Position numbers and translations under genes: made by a program. A stretch of 64,000 bases of DNA from a virus (Duplodnaviria; Caudoviricetes). The notes under the pieces were generated by a model that did not search any database, was not told the DNA's origin, and was given only the letters and a program-made list of their open reading frames with translations. The stretch is from IMG/VR virus record IMGVR_UViG_3300043414_001288, positions 12,498 to 76,497 of that record; one strand, written 5' to 3'. Shown one piece after another: positions 20,079 to 31,900 of this stretch (positions within the stretch are counted from its first letter, which is position 1; every line of letters starts with the position of its first letter).

Positions 20079-23000
20079 CTAGAACATTACATCTAGTGGT
20101 TTGAATGGATATTTTCTTGGAAGAGGTACATCAGATCCCACAGCAGTTTTAATAACAACTTGTGTTCCTACAGGAAGAGGTTCTGTAAACTTAATATTTC
20201 CATCATAATCAATTGTATATCCATCATTAGTACATAATAAATTATTATTCCAAACATACTCAACATTATGAATATATGCGGATTGAAGAACTCCATTTAT
20301 AGTAATCAATAACTTAAATGGATTTTCGACAGAAACAGTATTATAATTATATGTTGGAGTAAAAGTATTTTTATTATCATTAGTTGCATAAGAAATATCA
20401 TCCAATTCATATAAATCACCAATATTAGCAGTAAGATTAGTAAGCTTAGAACCATCACCATAATAAGTTACAATTCCAGAAGCAGCAGTTATTTTCCCAC
20501 CTTCTATCTGGACATTTCCAAGTGTAGAAATTCCAGAAACACTTAATGCTGTTCCTACAATACTTCCACCACTTATACTTCCACTACCAATTAAATTGCC
20601 ACCTACATAAAAACCCTTAGATGTTACAACACCAACAAAATATCCATCACCATTAACCCAAAGTTTAGATGTTGGTGTTGTAGTTCCAATACCTAAACTT
20701 GAAGTAGCAGCATTGAAAATTAAATTTGGATTTGAATTTAAATCTGCAGTAGGATTTGCAGATGCTGACTTAGAAAATACAATACTCGTATTTGTAGATA
20801 CACTATCTGCCGTAAGAACAACACTCGTAGCAGCCGAAGCAGTACCAATACCAGTTAGTTTTGAACCATCACCATAATAAACAACAGTAGTAACACCAGG
20901 ATTTGATGATGTTATAATACCAGTAATACCATTAATTAATATACCAGTAGATCCAACACCAACTGTAGCAATACCAGTAACATTGAGGTTATTAGATGCT
21001 TTAATACTACCAAATACATCCAAATTTGTAGTTGGGTTGGTAGTTCCAATACCAAGATAACTTAAACCTGGATTGAATACAATAGAACTAGATGATACTG
21101 AAATACTAGAAATAGTTCCACTAATATTTTGAGATAATAAAGGATAATAATTTGTACTAACATTAATATTTGAAATTGAACTTGGAATATTGCCAGTTAG
21201 TTTTGAACCATCACCATAATAAACAACAGTAGTAATACCAGGATTTGATGATGTTATGATACCAGCAATACCATCAATTTTTACTCCAGTAGACCCAACA
21301 CCAACTGTAGCGATACCAGAAACATTAAGTTGTTTTGATGTTAAATCTGTTGCTGAAGTAATTCCTAACGTACTAATACCAGAAACAAATATATCACCAC
21401 CAACCCAAAGTGCTGATGATGGATTAGTAGTCCCTATACCAATATTAGTTGCAGTTAATACGCCGACAGTAGAAAATCCAGAAACACTTAATTGACTTAC
21501 TGATGCTATACCACCAATAACATCTAAAGTAGTAAGAGCTGCTCCAATTGAATTACCTTGGACTGCAACTTGCCCATTAATTTTTCCATAAAAATCACCA
21601 TAATAAAAAACAGTAGTAACACCAGGATTTGTTGATGTTATAATTCCAGAAGAAATCTTTACTGTACTTAAAGTAGAAATACCAGAAATACTTAATGCAG
21701 TACCTACAATATCTCCTGCAGTTATTTGTCCACCACCACCCAATCCACTTACATTAAATTTAGAAGCAGTAATAACTCCAGTAAAATTTCCATCACCTTC
21801 GACCCAAAGTTTTGACGTTGGATTAGTAGAACCAATACCCAAATTACCATCAATATAAGTTTTTCCACCAACATGAAGAGTCGTTAGTGCATTAGTAGTA
21901 CCAATACCTAATCTAGTATTGCCAGCATTAAATACCAAATTGCTATTAGTTTTTAATGTCGATGCAACACTAATCGTAGGATCTGATACAAAAATTATAT
22001 TTGTAGTTTCATCAGTTTGATCGTTACTAACACTTACAGATTGAGATTGTGCAGCACTACCAATTCCAGTTAAATTTGAACCATCACCATAATAAAAAAC
22101 AGTAGTAACACCAGGATTTGTTGATGTTATAATTCCAGAAGAAATCTTTACTGTACTTAAAGTAGAAATACCAGAAATACTTAATGCAGTGCCTACAATA
22201 TCTCCACCACTTATATTTCCACTACCAATTAATGCTCCATCAACATAAAAACCAGTAGAAGTAACTATTCCACTAAAGTACCCATTACCTTCAACCCAAA
22301 GTTTTTGTTGTGGATTTGTGGACCCAATACCTAAATTACCACCAATATAAGCACTAGAATTAATACCAGTAACTTGAAGAACTTGTCCTAAAGTTCCTGT
22401 AGAAGTTCCACCACCAATTAATACTGGACCATTAGTAAATGTAGAAACACCAGAAACACTTAACCTTTGTGCCGTTAAATCTGTTACTGAAGTAATTCCT
22501 AAAGTACTAATTCCAGAAACAAATATATCACCACCAACCCAAAGTGCTGATGATGGATTAGTAGTCCCTATACCAATATTAGTTGCAGTTAATACGCCGA
22601 CAGTAGAAACACCAGAAACACTTAACCTTTGTGCCGTTAAATCTGTTACTGAAGTAATTCCTAAAGTACTAATTCCAGTATAATTTAAGTTAGTACCAGT
22701 TAGGTTTGTTATAACTCCTACAGTACTATTAAGTTTAAAAGAAGTAACTATTCCACTAAAGTACCCATTACCTTCAACCCAAAGTTTTTGTTGTGGATTT
22801 GTGGACCCAATACCTAAATTACCACCAATATAAGCACTAGAATTAATACCAGTAACTTGAAGAACTTGTCCTAAAGTTCCTGTAGAAGTTCCACCACCAA
22901 TTAATACTGGACCATTAGTAAATGTAGAAACACCAGAAACACTTAACCTTTGTGCCGTTAAATCTGTTACTGAAGTAATTCCTAAAGTACTAATTCCAGT

Positions 23001-23861
23001 ATAATTTAAGTTAGTACCAGTTAGGTTTGTTATAACTCCTACAGTACTATTAAGTTTAAAAGAAGTAACTATTCCACTAAAGTACCCATTACCTTCAACC
23101 CAAAGTTTTTGTTGTGGATTTGTGGACCCAATACCTAAATTACCACCAATATAAGCACTAGAATTAATACCAGTAACTTGAAGAACTTGTCCTAAAGTTC
23201 CTGTAGAAGTTCCACCACCAATTAATACTGGACCATTAGTAAATGTAGAAACACCAGAAACACTTAACCTTTGTGCCGTTAAATCTGTTACTGAAGTAAT
23301 TCCTAAAGTACTAATTCCAGTATAATTTAAGTTAGTACCAGTTAGGTTTGTTATAACTCCTACAGTACTATTAAGTTTAAAAGAAGTAACTATTCCACTA
23401 AAGTACCCATTACCTTCAACCCAAAGTTTTTGTTGTGGATTTGTGGACCCAATACCTAAATTACCACCAATATAAGCACTAGAATTAATACCAGTAACTT
23501 GAAGAACTTGTCCTAAAGTTCCTGTAGAAGTTCCACCACCAATTAATACTGGACCATTAGTAAATGTAGAAACACCAGAAACACTTAATGCAGTCCCTAA
23601 AATAGAACTGGCAGTTATACTTCCGGTAAACTTGCCATCTCCAATTACATCAAGTTTTACTGTTGGTACAGTAGATCCAATACCAACAAAAAATGAATTT
23701 CCAATTTTTAAATCAGAATTTACCTGTCCACCAATACTAATATTGGTGCTAATTGCAACAGTATTTGCATTAATATTTAAGTTATTAGGGCTAGTAATTG
23801 TTGGCGTACCAGATGCCCCGATTAAGCTAATCCTTTTTACGCCAAAATCCTTATCTGCCAT
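20079..23861 (-). CDS. Tail fibre protein with 107-aa tandem repeats
   Basis: 1260 aa with GIGSTNP..KLWV.G and VSGISTLG fibre motifs and three 321-bp tandem copies. Confidence 0.75.
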   Translation of the reverse strand: MADKDFGVKRISLIGASGTPTITSPNNLNINANTVAISTNISIGGQVNSDLKIGNSFFVGIGSTVPTVKLDVIGDGKFTGSITASSILGTALSVSGVSTFTNGPVLIGGGTSTGTLGQVLQVTGINSSAYIGGNLGIGSTNPQQKLWVEGNGYFSGIVTSFKLNSTVGVITNLTGTNLNYTGISTLGITSVTDLTAQRLSVSGVSTFTNGPVLIGGGTSTGTLGQVLQVTGINSSAYIGGNLGIGSTNPQQKLWVEGNGYFSGIVTSFKLNSTVGVITNLTGTNLNYTGISTLGITSVTDLTAQRLSVSGVSTFTNGPVLIGGGTSTGTLGQVLQVTGINSSAYIGGNLGIGSTNPQQKLWVEGNGYFSGIVTSFKLNSTVGVITNLTGTNLNYTGISTLGITSVTDLTAQRLSVSGVSTVGVLTATNIGIGTTNPSSALWVGGDIFVSGISTLGITSVTDLTAQRLSVSGVSTFTNGPVLIGGGTSTGTLGQVLQVTGINSSAYIGGNLGIGSTNPQQKLWVEGNGYFSGIVTSTGFYVDGALIGSGNISGGDIVGTALSISGISTLSTVKISSGIITSTNPGVTTVFYYGDGSNLTGIGSAAQSQSVSVSNDQTDETTNIIFVSDPTISVASTLKTNSNLVFNAGNTRLGIGTTNALTTLHVGGKTYIDGNLGIGSTNPTSKLWVEGDGNFTGVITASKFNVSGLGGGGQITAGDIVGTALSISGISTLSTVKISSGIITSTNPGVTTVFYYGDFYGKINGQVAVQGNSIGAALTTLDVIGGIASVSQLSVSGFSTVGVLTATNIGIGTTNPSSALWVGGDIFVSGISTLGITSATDLTSKQLNVSGIATVGVGSTGVKIDGIAGIITSSNPGITTVVYYGDGSKLTGNIPSSISNINVSTNYYPLLSQNISGTISSISVSSSSIVFNPGLSYLGIGTTNPTTNLDVFGSIKASNNLNVTGIATVGVGSTGILINGITGIITSSNPGVTTVVYYGDGSKLTGIGTASAATSVVLTADSVSTNTSIVFSKSASANPTADLNSNPNLIFNAATSSLGIGTTTPTSKLWVNGDGYFVGVVTSKGFYVGGNLIGSGSISGGSIVGTALSVSGISTLGNVQIEGGKITAASGIVTYYGDGSKLTNLTANIGDLYELDDISYATNDNKNTFTPTYNYNTVSVENPFKLLITINGVLQSAYIHNVEYVWNNNLLCTNDGYTIDYDGNIKFTEPLPVGTQVVIKTAVGSDVPLPRKYPFKPLDVMF
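22620..23585 (-). repeat. 321-bp tandem repeat x3, plus a partial fourth copy near 22260-22510
   Basis: CCTAAAGTTC anchors at 23512, 23191 and 22870 (321 apart) and 22387. The 107-aa translations are identical. Confidence 0.9.
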
Positions 23862-23890
23862 TATACTTTTTTAGTTATTTATTTGATTAC

Positions 23891-25987
23891 TCATTCCAAT
23901 TCCAATGATATATTCACACCTTCAAAGGAAAGGTTAGAACCAGATGCAAATTGTGCTGTCGAATTGGTTATGGATATTCCAACAACTTGTCTAAATGGGT
24001 TTGAGAGTACTCTATTTGTAGCGCCTCTCAAATTACTATTTCCTCTAAAATTATAACAATCTCCAGGTAAATCTGGATTATCAGTAGAAAAGTTGTAAGA
24101 TCTTGACCAATAATTCGCATCATTCACATTTGAAAATGGATCAGATAAATTAATTGCCACACTCCCATCAGTTTTCAACCAGGTACGAGTAGCACTTTGA
24201 TCTGATGATCTATTATTCTGCAAGTACAATGCAATAACTGAACAAGTATTTGGGCCAGCAGAACTAGTTCCATTAAACCAAGTATCATAAAAAGATGAAT
24301 TATCGGACCTAAAATAATCTTCATAATTTGTAGTGTATCCAGCAGCCATGGTCATTTCAGCAGGAGCCCAGACATCAATCATTGGACCATTATTAGAATA
24401 ACAAACTCTACGAACAGAAAAGGCAGTAGATCCTTGTCTAGATCCAGAAGGTTCAACTGCACAATCTAATGCACCAACACGTATTGATCCCTGATTATTG
24501 GTAATATCACCAGAACCTCCTTTCTGAACTCCACCAACTCTATTAATAAATTGTGTATTAAAATCATACCAATTACCATAATCAACATCAGTTGGATCAG
24601 AAAGTTTTTGATTATCATTACCAGCAGATGCTACAACAATACATCCCGCAGCAATTGCATTCTCCGCACCAGAATTGGAAGCAGTTGAAATAAGAGTATC
24701 CAAAAATTTTCCAGAACCAGAATATCCAGTCGTCCCTGCGAAAGAACCGTTATTATATGTAAAGTACATATGATTTCTTGCACTACCACAATTACTTGGT
24801 GGAGTATCATCAAATCCAGTTCCAACATAAGTTTGAGTGTTTCCTCGATATCCTATTGTATAGGTAGTTCCAAAAGTATTTCCAGTAGAAAAAGATAAAC
24901 CATAACTATTATTAATTAAGGTTGGATCAGGATCTCCACCTTGGGAAATTTTCTTTGCATTATGAAAAATAGTACAGGCATTAAGTGCGGTAAATGGATC
25001 TAGATATCCACCTGCACCACTTAAAGCAATTCTTATATTCCATATATTACAATTAAAAGCAAGACCAAATGTTTTTCCACCTATTTGAGATGCACATGCT
25101 GTTCCATGCCCACCGGCTATTTGATTTCCATTAGAATTTGGCGTTTTAGTAGACACATGTTCAAGTGTGTATAATGAAGTTAAACTAGATAACGTTCCTA
25201 AAGATAAGAATTGGGAAGATCTTTTCGAAGTATTTGTCCACCATTCATTTGCTGCTGTTGTAGCAATCCCAACTCCAACATTTACACCATCTACTATTTT
25301 TGCATACGTTAGTCCTCTAGTATCAAAGTATGTTGGATCTACTTTATATGGTCCATCAAGTATAACATCTTTAACTCTTGTTGTTCCATCATCTTTCAAA
25401 AATTCGGGATGCAAATAAGCAACACCCTCATCAATGATTACGGCATCAACATTTGTTCCATCACGATTATAAGATAATTTAGAATCAACTTTTGAAGTTG
25501 TTACAATACCAACTCCACGAAATGGTAAACTACTTGGATTATTCACAAATAAATGTGACCAATTGCCTCTCACGCCATTTTTATAAGTAATAGATGTAAA
25601 ATCATTTCCAATAGATGCAGTTATTACTGGTTTATTAAATGCGACCTTATTGTTATAAAATCGCAATAACATCGTTGATTGTGGTTGTGGATACTTATCA
25701 GGATTTAATTGAACACTTTCGATCTTTTCATGAGTTCTTAAAATATCTGCTTCTTCTTGTGAAATTAAATATATCGCAGTTCTTAATGAAAATTCCTGCA
25801 AATTTGCACATTCTATTTTTCTATTTGGAATTCCATCAATTTCATTTTCATTAATAATATAATTATGAATTTCTTCCCAATCATTTGCATCGTTAACTAT
25901 GACAATATATTCATCAATTGGATCTGGAGTATATTCAATTATTTCTACAGGAAAAGATGATCTAAAACTAGGATTAATTATTTCCAT
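23891..25987 (-). CDS. Subtilisin-like serine protease (peptidase S8) with prodomain
   Basis: Catalytic triad motifs VDAVIIDEG (D), GHGTACASQIGG (H), FNGTSSAGP (S). Oxyanion VVASAGND. N-terminal EYIVIV..IESVQLNP resembles an I9-type propeptide. Confidence 0.85.
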   Translation of the reverse strand: MEIINPSFRSSFPVEIIEYTPDPIDEYIVIVNDANDWEEIHNYIINENEIDGIPNRKIECANLQEFSLRTAIYLISQEEADILRTHEKIESVQLNPDKYPQPQSTMLLRFYNNKVAFNKPVITASIGNDFTSITYKNGVRGNWSHLFVNNPSSLPFRGVGIVTTSKVDSKLSYNRDGTNVDAVIIDEGVAYLHPEFLKDDGTTRVKDVILDGPYKVDPTYFDTRGLTYAKIVDGVNVGVGIATTAANEWWTNTSKRSSQFLSLGTLSSLTSLYTLEHVSTKTPNSNGNQIAGGHGTACASQIGGKTFGLAFNCNIWNIRIALSGAGGYLDPFTALNACTIFHNAKKISQGGDPDPTLINNSYGLSFSTGNTFGTTYTIGYRGNTQTYVGTGFDDTPPSNCGSARNHMYFTYNNGSFAGTTGYSGSGKFLDTLISTASNSGAENAIAAGCIVVASAGNDNQKLSDPTDVDYGNWYDFNTQFINRVGGVQKGGSGDITNNQGSIRVGALDCAVEPSGSRQGSTAFSVRRVCYSNNGPMIDVWAPAEMTMAAGYTTNYEDYFRSDNSSFYDTWFNGTSSAGPNTCSVIALYLQNNRSSDQSATRTWLKTDGSVAINLSDPFSNVNDANYWSRSYNFSTDNPDLPGDCYNFRGNSNLRGATNRVLSNPFRQVVGISITNSTAQFASGSNLSFEGVNISLELE

Positions 25988-25988
25988 A

Positions 25989-28900
25989 TCAAATCATTGT
26001 CTCCCTACTAAATCTATAAGTTACTAGTCCACTTACACCACTTTCTGGAGTAAACAATAATTTACACATACCAGAAGAAACTGTTGCTCCGACTGAAACT
26101 ATCAAACTTGGTTCAAACATAATTCCATATTCTTGAGAATATGCATTTGTTCCATTCTGCATCAAAAGAACCTTCTGTGCCTGAATGGAATTTGCTGACT
26201 GAACATAAATGGTATATTCTGCAGTTCTGAAATTGATAGAAGAAATTGAAAAACTGTCAATATCGGTACTTACACCAACAGAAGCTGAAAATGTTCCAAC
26301 TCCTGTTTTTACACCATATATCTCAACTTGAATTGGTGTTGTTGGATTTGTGGACCCAATACCTAAATTGCCACCAATATAAACACTGGAGTTGATACCA
26401 GAAACCTGAAGAACTTGTCCTAAAGTTCCTGTAGAAGTTCCACCACCAATGAATACTGGACCATTAGTGAATGTAGAAACACCAGAAACATTAAGTTGTT
26501 GTGCCGTTAAATCTGTTGCAGATATAATTCCTAACGTACTAATACCACTATAATTTAAGTTAGTACCAGTAATGTAAGTTATGATACCTACAGTACTATT
26601 AAAGTTTGTAATAGTACCAGCAACACCAGTAATATTGGTAATGATACCTACTGTACTATTAAAGTTTGTAATAGTACCAGCAACACCAGTAATATTGGTA
26701 ATGATACCTACAGTACTATTAAAGTTTGTAATAGTACCAGCAACACCAGTAATGTAAGTTATGATACCTACAGTACTATTAAAGTTTGTAATAGTACCAG
26801 CAACACCAGTAATATTGGTAATGATACCTACTGTACTATTAAAGTTTGTAATAGTACCAGCAACACCAGTAATATTGGTAATGATACCTACAGTACTATT
26901 AAAGTTTGTAATAGTACCAGCAACACCAGTAATGTAAGTTATGATACCTACAGTACTATTAAAGTTTGTAATAGTACCAGCAACACCAGTAATATTGGTA
27001 ATGATACCTACTGTTGCATTAAAGTTTGTAATAGTACCAGCAACACCAGTAATATTGGTAATGATACCTACAGTACTATTAAAGTTTGTAATAGTACCAG
27101 CAACACCAGTAATATTGGTAATGATACCTACTGTTGCATTAAAGTTTGTAATAGTACCAGCAACACCAGTAATATTGGTAATGATACCTACTGTTGAATT
27201 AAATGTAGTAATAGTACCAGCAACACCTGTTAGGTTTGTTATGATGCCTACAGTACTGTTGATGTTAGTGATTGTTGCTGCAACACCAGTAATATTGGTA
27301 ATGATGCCTACTGTTGAATTGAAGTTGGTGATTGTACCAGCAACACCAGTAATGTAAGTTATAACTCCTACAGTACTATTAAAGTTAGTAATAGTAGCAG
27401 CAACACCAGTAATATTGGTAATGATACCTACAGTACTATTAAAGTTTGTAATAGTAGCAGCAACACCAGTTAGGTTTGTTATGATACCTACTGTTGAATT
27501 AAAATCAGTAATAGTAGCTGCAACACCAGTAATATTGGTGATTATACCTACAGTACTATTAAAGTTTGTAATAGTAGCAGCAACACCAGTTAGGTTTGTT
27601 ATGATACCTACAGTACTGTTGATATTAGTGATTGTTGCAGCAACACCAGTAATATTAGTAATAATACCTGTTGTTGAATTAAAATCAGTAATAGTAGCAG
27701 CAACACCAGCAATGTAAGTGATGATACCTACAGTACTATTAAATGTGGTGATTGTGCCAGCAACACCAGTTAGGTTTGTTATGATACCTACAGTACTGTT
27801 GATATTAATGATTGTTGCAGCAACACCAGTAATATTGGTAATGATACCTACTGTTGAATTAAATGTAGTAATAGTACCAGCAACACCAGTTAAGTTTGTT
27901 ATAATTCCTACTGTACTATTAAAGTTTGTAATAGTACCAGCAACACCAGTAATATTGGTAATGATACCTACAGTACTATTAAAGTTTGTAATAGTACCAG
28001 CAACACCAGTAATATTGGTAATAATACCTACTGTTGAATTAAAATCAGTAATAGTACCAGCAACACCAGTAATGTAAGTTATGATACCTACAGTACTGTT
28101 GATATCAGTAAAACTACCAGTTATCGCAGTAACTTTTGTATCAGTAACTTGAACTCCACCAACAGAAAGAATAACACCAGTCGGTACAAGTGTAGAACCA
28201 ATACCAATTGCCTGATTTGTAATCCAAGCATCAGTTGTACCAACACCATAAGTACCATTTTTGACCCACATGAATTGTTTGTAGGTTTCTGGTAGGCTAT
28301 TAATTCCTGCTTTTTGTAATGGAACCAACCAAGAACCTTCAGTACTTGCAATTGCAATACCACCATGATTTGCAGTATTATCCGTGGAAATATCATTTCC
28401 AAATGCATCAGTAGTAATACCAATTACAATATCCTTATCTTTAACTTGTAATGAAGCGACAGCAAAAATTGCAGTAGTACCACCAACACTTATATTTCCA
28501 GTAATATCTAAATTACCAAAAACCGTAAAACTGTTTGAGGTCTGTAATCTATCTGCGGATACAGTACCAGCATTCAAATTTGACGCATTTTGATAAAAAG
28601 ACCCTAGTTGACTATTCAAATACTCAACATTTAAATTAGATACTAATGTAGAAGAAGCAACAGAAATTGGAGCAGTTCCATGTACTATAGTAGAATCAAA
28701 TCTAGATGCAGTTATAATACCAGAAGAATCAATATTGGTATTTGAAATATTAGTAATCGTACCAATACCAGTATAATTTAAATTAGTACCTCCAAGATTA
28801 GTAATAGTACCTACAGTACTATTAAAGTTTGTAATAGTACCAGCAACACCAGTAATATTGGTAATGATACCTACAGTACTATTAAAGTTTGTAATAGTAG

Positions 28901-31900
28901 CAGCAACACCAGTAATGTAAGTTATAACTCCTACAGTACTATTAAAGTTAGTAATAGTAGCAGCAACACCAGTAATATTGGTAATGATACCTACTGTACT
29001 ATTAAAGTTTGTAATAGTAGCAGCAACACCAGTAATGTAAGTTATAATTCCTACAGTACTATTAAAGTTTGTAATAGTAGCAGCAACACCAGTAATGTAA
29101 GTTATAACTCCTACAGTACTATTAAAGTTAGTAATAGTACCAGCAACACCAGTAATGTAAGTTATAATTCCTACTGTACTATTAAAGTTTGTAATAGTAG
29201 CAGCAACACCAGTAATATTGGTAATGATACCTACTGTTGAATTAAAATCAGTAATAGTACCAGCAACACCAGTAATGTAAGTTATAATTCCTACAGTACT
29301 ATTAAAGTTTGTAATAGTAGCAGCAACACCAGTAATATTGGTGATGATACCTACTGTTGAATTAAATGTAGTAATAGTACCAGCAACACCTGTTAGGTTT
29401 GTTATGATGCCTACTGTTGAATTAAAATCCGTAATAGTACCAGCAACACCAGTAATGTAAGTTATAATTCCTACTGTACTGTTGATGTTAGTGATTGTTG
29501 CTGCAACACCAGTAATGTAAGTTATAATACCTACAGTACTATTAAAGTTTGTAATAGTACCAGCAACACCAGTAATATTGGTGATGATACCTACTGTTGC
29601 ATTAAAGTTTGTAATAGTACCAGCAACACCAGTAATATTGGTAATGATACCTACTGTTGAATTGAAGTTGGTGATTGTACCAGCAACACCAGTAATGTAA
29701 GTTATAACTCCTACAGTACTATTAAAGTTAGTAATAGTACCAGCAACACCAGTTAGGTTTGTTATGATACCTACAGTACTATTAAGTGTTGTAGAAGTAA
29801 CAATACCACTAAACTTACCATCCCCTTGGACCCAAAGAGATGATGTTGGATTAGTGGTTCCTATACCAACTGCTATGGCATTTGGTAATATTATCTTTGC
29901 ATTATTAATTGTCGATATTCCAGTCGTAGCACCAATAGATATCGAAGTAGCAGAACCAAATCCAGAAATATTTGTTGCGTTTGTATTGAGTAATGTATAT
30001 GATGTTTGATTTGTTTGAAATAATGAAGAATTATGATTAATTGTGTTACCAAATGTAGAAACACCAGAAACATTAAGTTGTTGTGCCGTTAAATCTGTTG
30101 CTGAAGTAATTCCTAAAGTACTAATACCAGTATAATTTAAATTAGTACCAGCAATATTGGTGATTATACCTACAGTACTATTAAAGTTTGTAATAGTACC
30201 AGCAACACCAGTAATATTGGTAATGATACCTACTGTTGAATTAAAATCAGTAATAGTACCAGCAACACCAGTAATATTGGTAATGATACCTACTGTTGCA
30301 TTAAAGTTTGTAATAGTACCAGCAACACCAGTAATATTGGTAATGATACCTACTGTACTGTTGATGTTAGTGATTGTTGCTGCAACACCAGTAATGTAAG
30401 TTATAATACCTACAGTACTATTAAAGTTTGTAATAGTACCAGCAACACCAGTAATATTGGTGATGATACCTACTGTTGCATTAAAGTTTGTAATAGTACC
30501 AGCAACACCAGTAATATTGGTAATGATACCTACTGTTGAATTAAAGTTGGTGATTGTGCCAGCAACACCAGTAATATTGGTAATGATACCTACTGTTGAA
30601 TTAAATGTAGTAATAGTACCAGCAACACCAGTAATATTGGTAATGATACCTACTGTTGAATTAAAGTTGGTGATTGTGCCAGCAACACCAGTAATGTAAG
30701 TTATAACTCCTACAGTACTATTAAAGTTTGTAATAGTACCAGCAACACCAGTAATATTGGTAATGATACCTACTGTTGAATTAAAGTTGGTGATTGTACC
30801 AGCAACACCAGTAATATTGGTAATGATACCTACTGTTGAATTAAAATCAGTAATAGTACCAGCAACACCAGTAATGTAAGTTATGATACCTACAGTACTA
30901 TTAAAGTTTGTAATAGTAGCAGCAACACCAGTAATATTGGTGATGATACCTACAGTACTGTTGATATTAGTGATTGTTGCTGCAACACCAGTTAAATTTG
31001 TTATGATGCCTACAGTACTATTAAAGTTAGTGATTGTTGCTGCAACACCAGTAATATTGGTGATTATGCCTGTTGTTGCATTAAAATTAGTAATAGTACC
31101 AGCAACACCAGTTAGGTTTGTTATAATACCTACAGTACTATTAAAGTTTGTAATAGTAGCTGCAACACCAGTAATATTGGTGATGATACCTACTGTTGAA
31201 TTAAATGTAGTAATAGTACCAGCAACACCAGTAATGTAAGTTATAACTCCTACAGTACTATTAAAGTTTGTAATAGTACCAGCAACACCAGTAATATTGG
31301 TGATTATACCTACAGTACTGTTAATATTAGTGATTGTTGCAGCAACACCAGTAATATTGGTAATGATACCTACAGTACTATTAAAGTTCGTAATAGTAGC
31401 AGCAACACCAGTAATATTGGTGATGATACCTACAGTTGCATTAAAGTTAGTAATAGTACCAGCAACACCAGTAATATTGGTGATGATACCTACAGTACTA
31501 TTAAAGTTAGTAATAGTACCAGCAACACCAGTAATATTGGTGATGATACCTACAGTACTGTTGATATTAGTTATTGTTGCTGCAACACCAGTTAGGTTTG
31601 TTATGATACCTACAGTACTGTTGATATTAGTGATTGTTGCTGCAACACCAGTTAGGTTTGTTATGATGCCTACAGTACTATTAAAGTTTGTAATAGTACC
31701 AGCAACACCAGTTAGGTTTGTTATGATACCTACAGTTGCATTAAAGTTTGTAATAGTAGCTGCAACACCAGTAATATTGGTAATGATACCTACAGTACTG
31801 TTAATATTAGTGATTGTTGCAGCAACACCTGTTAGGTTTGTTATGATACCTACAGTTGCATTAAAGTTTGTAATAGTAGCTGCAACACCAGTAATATTGG

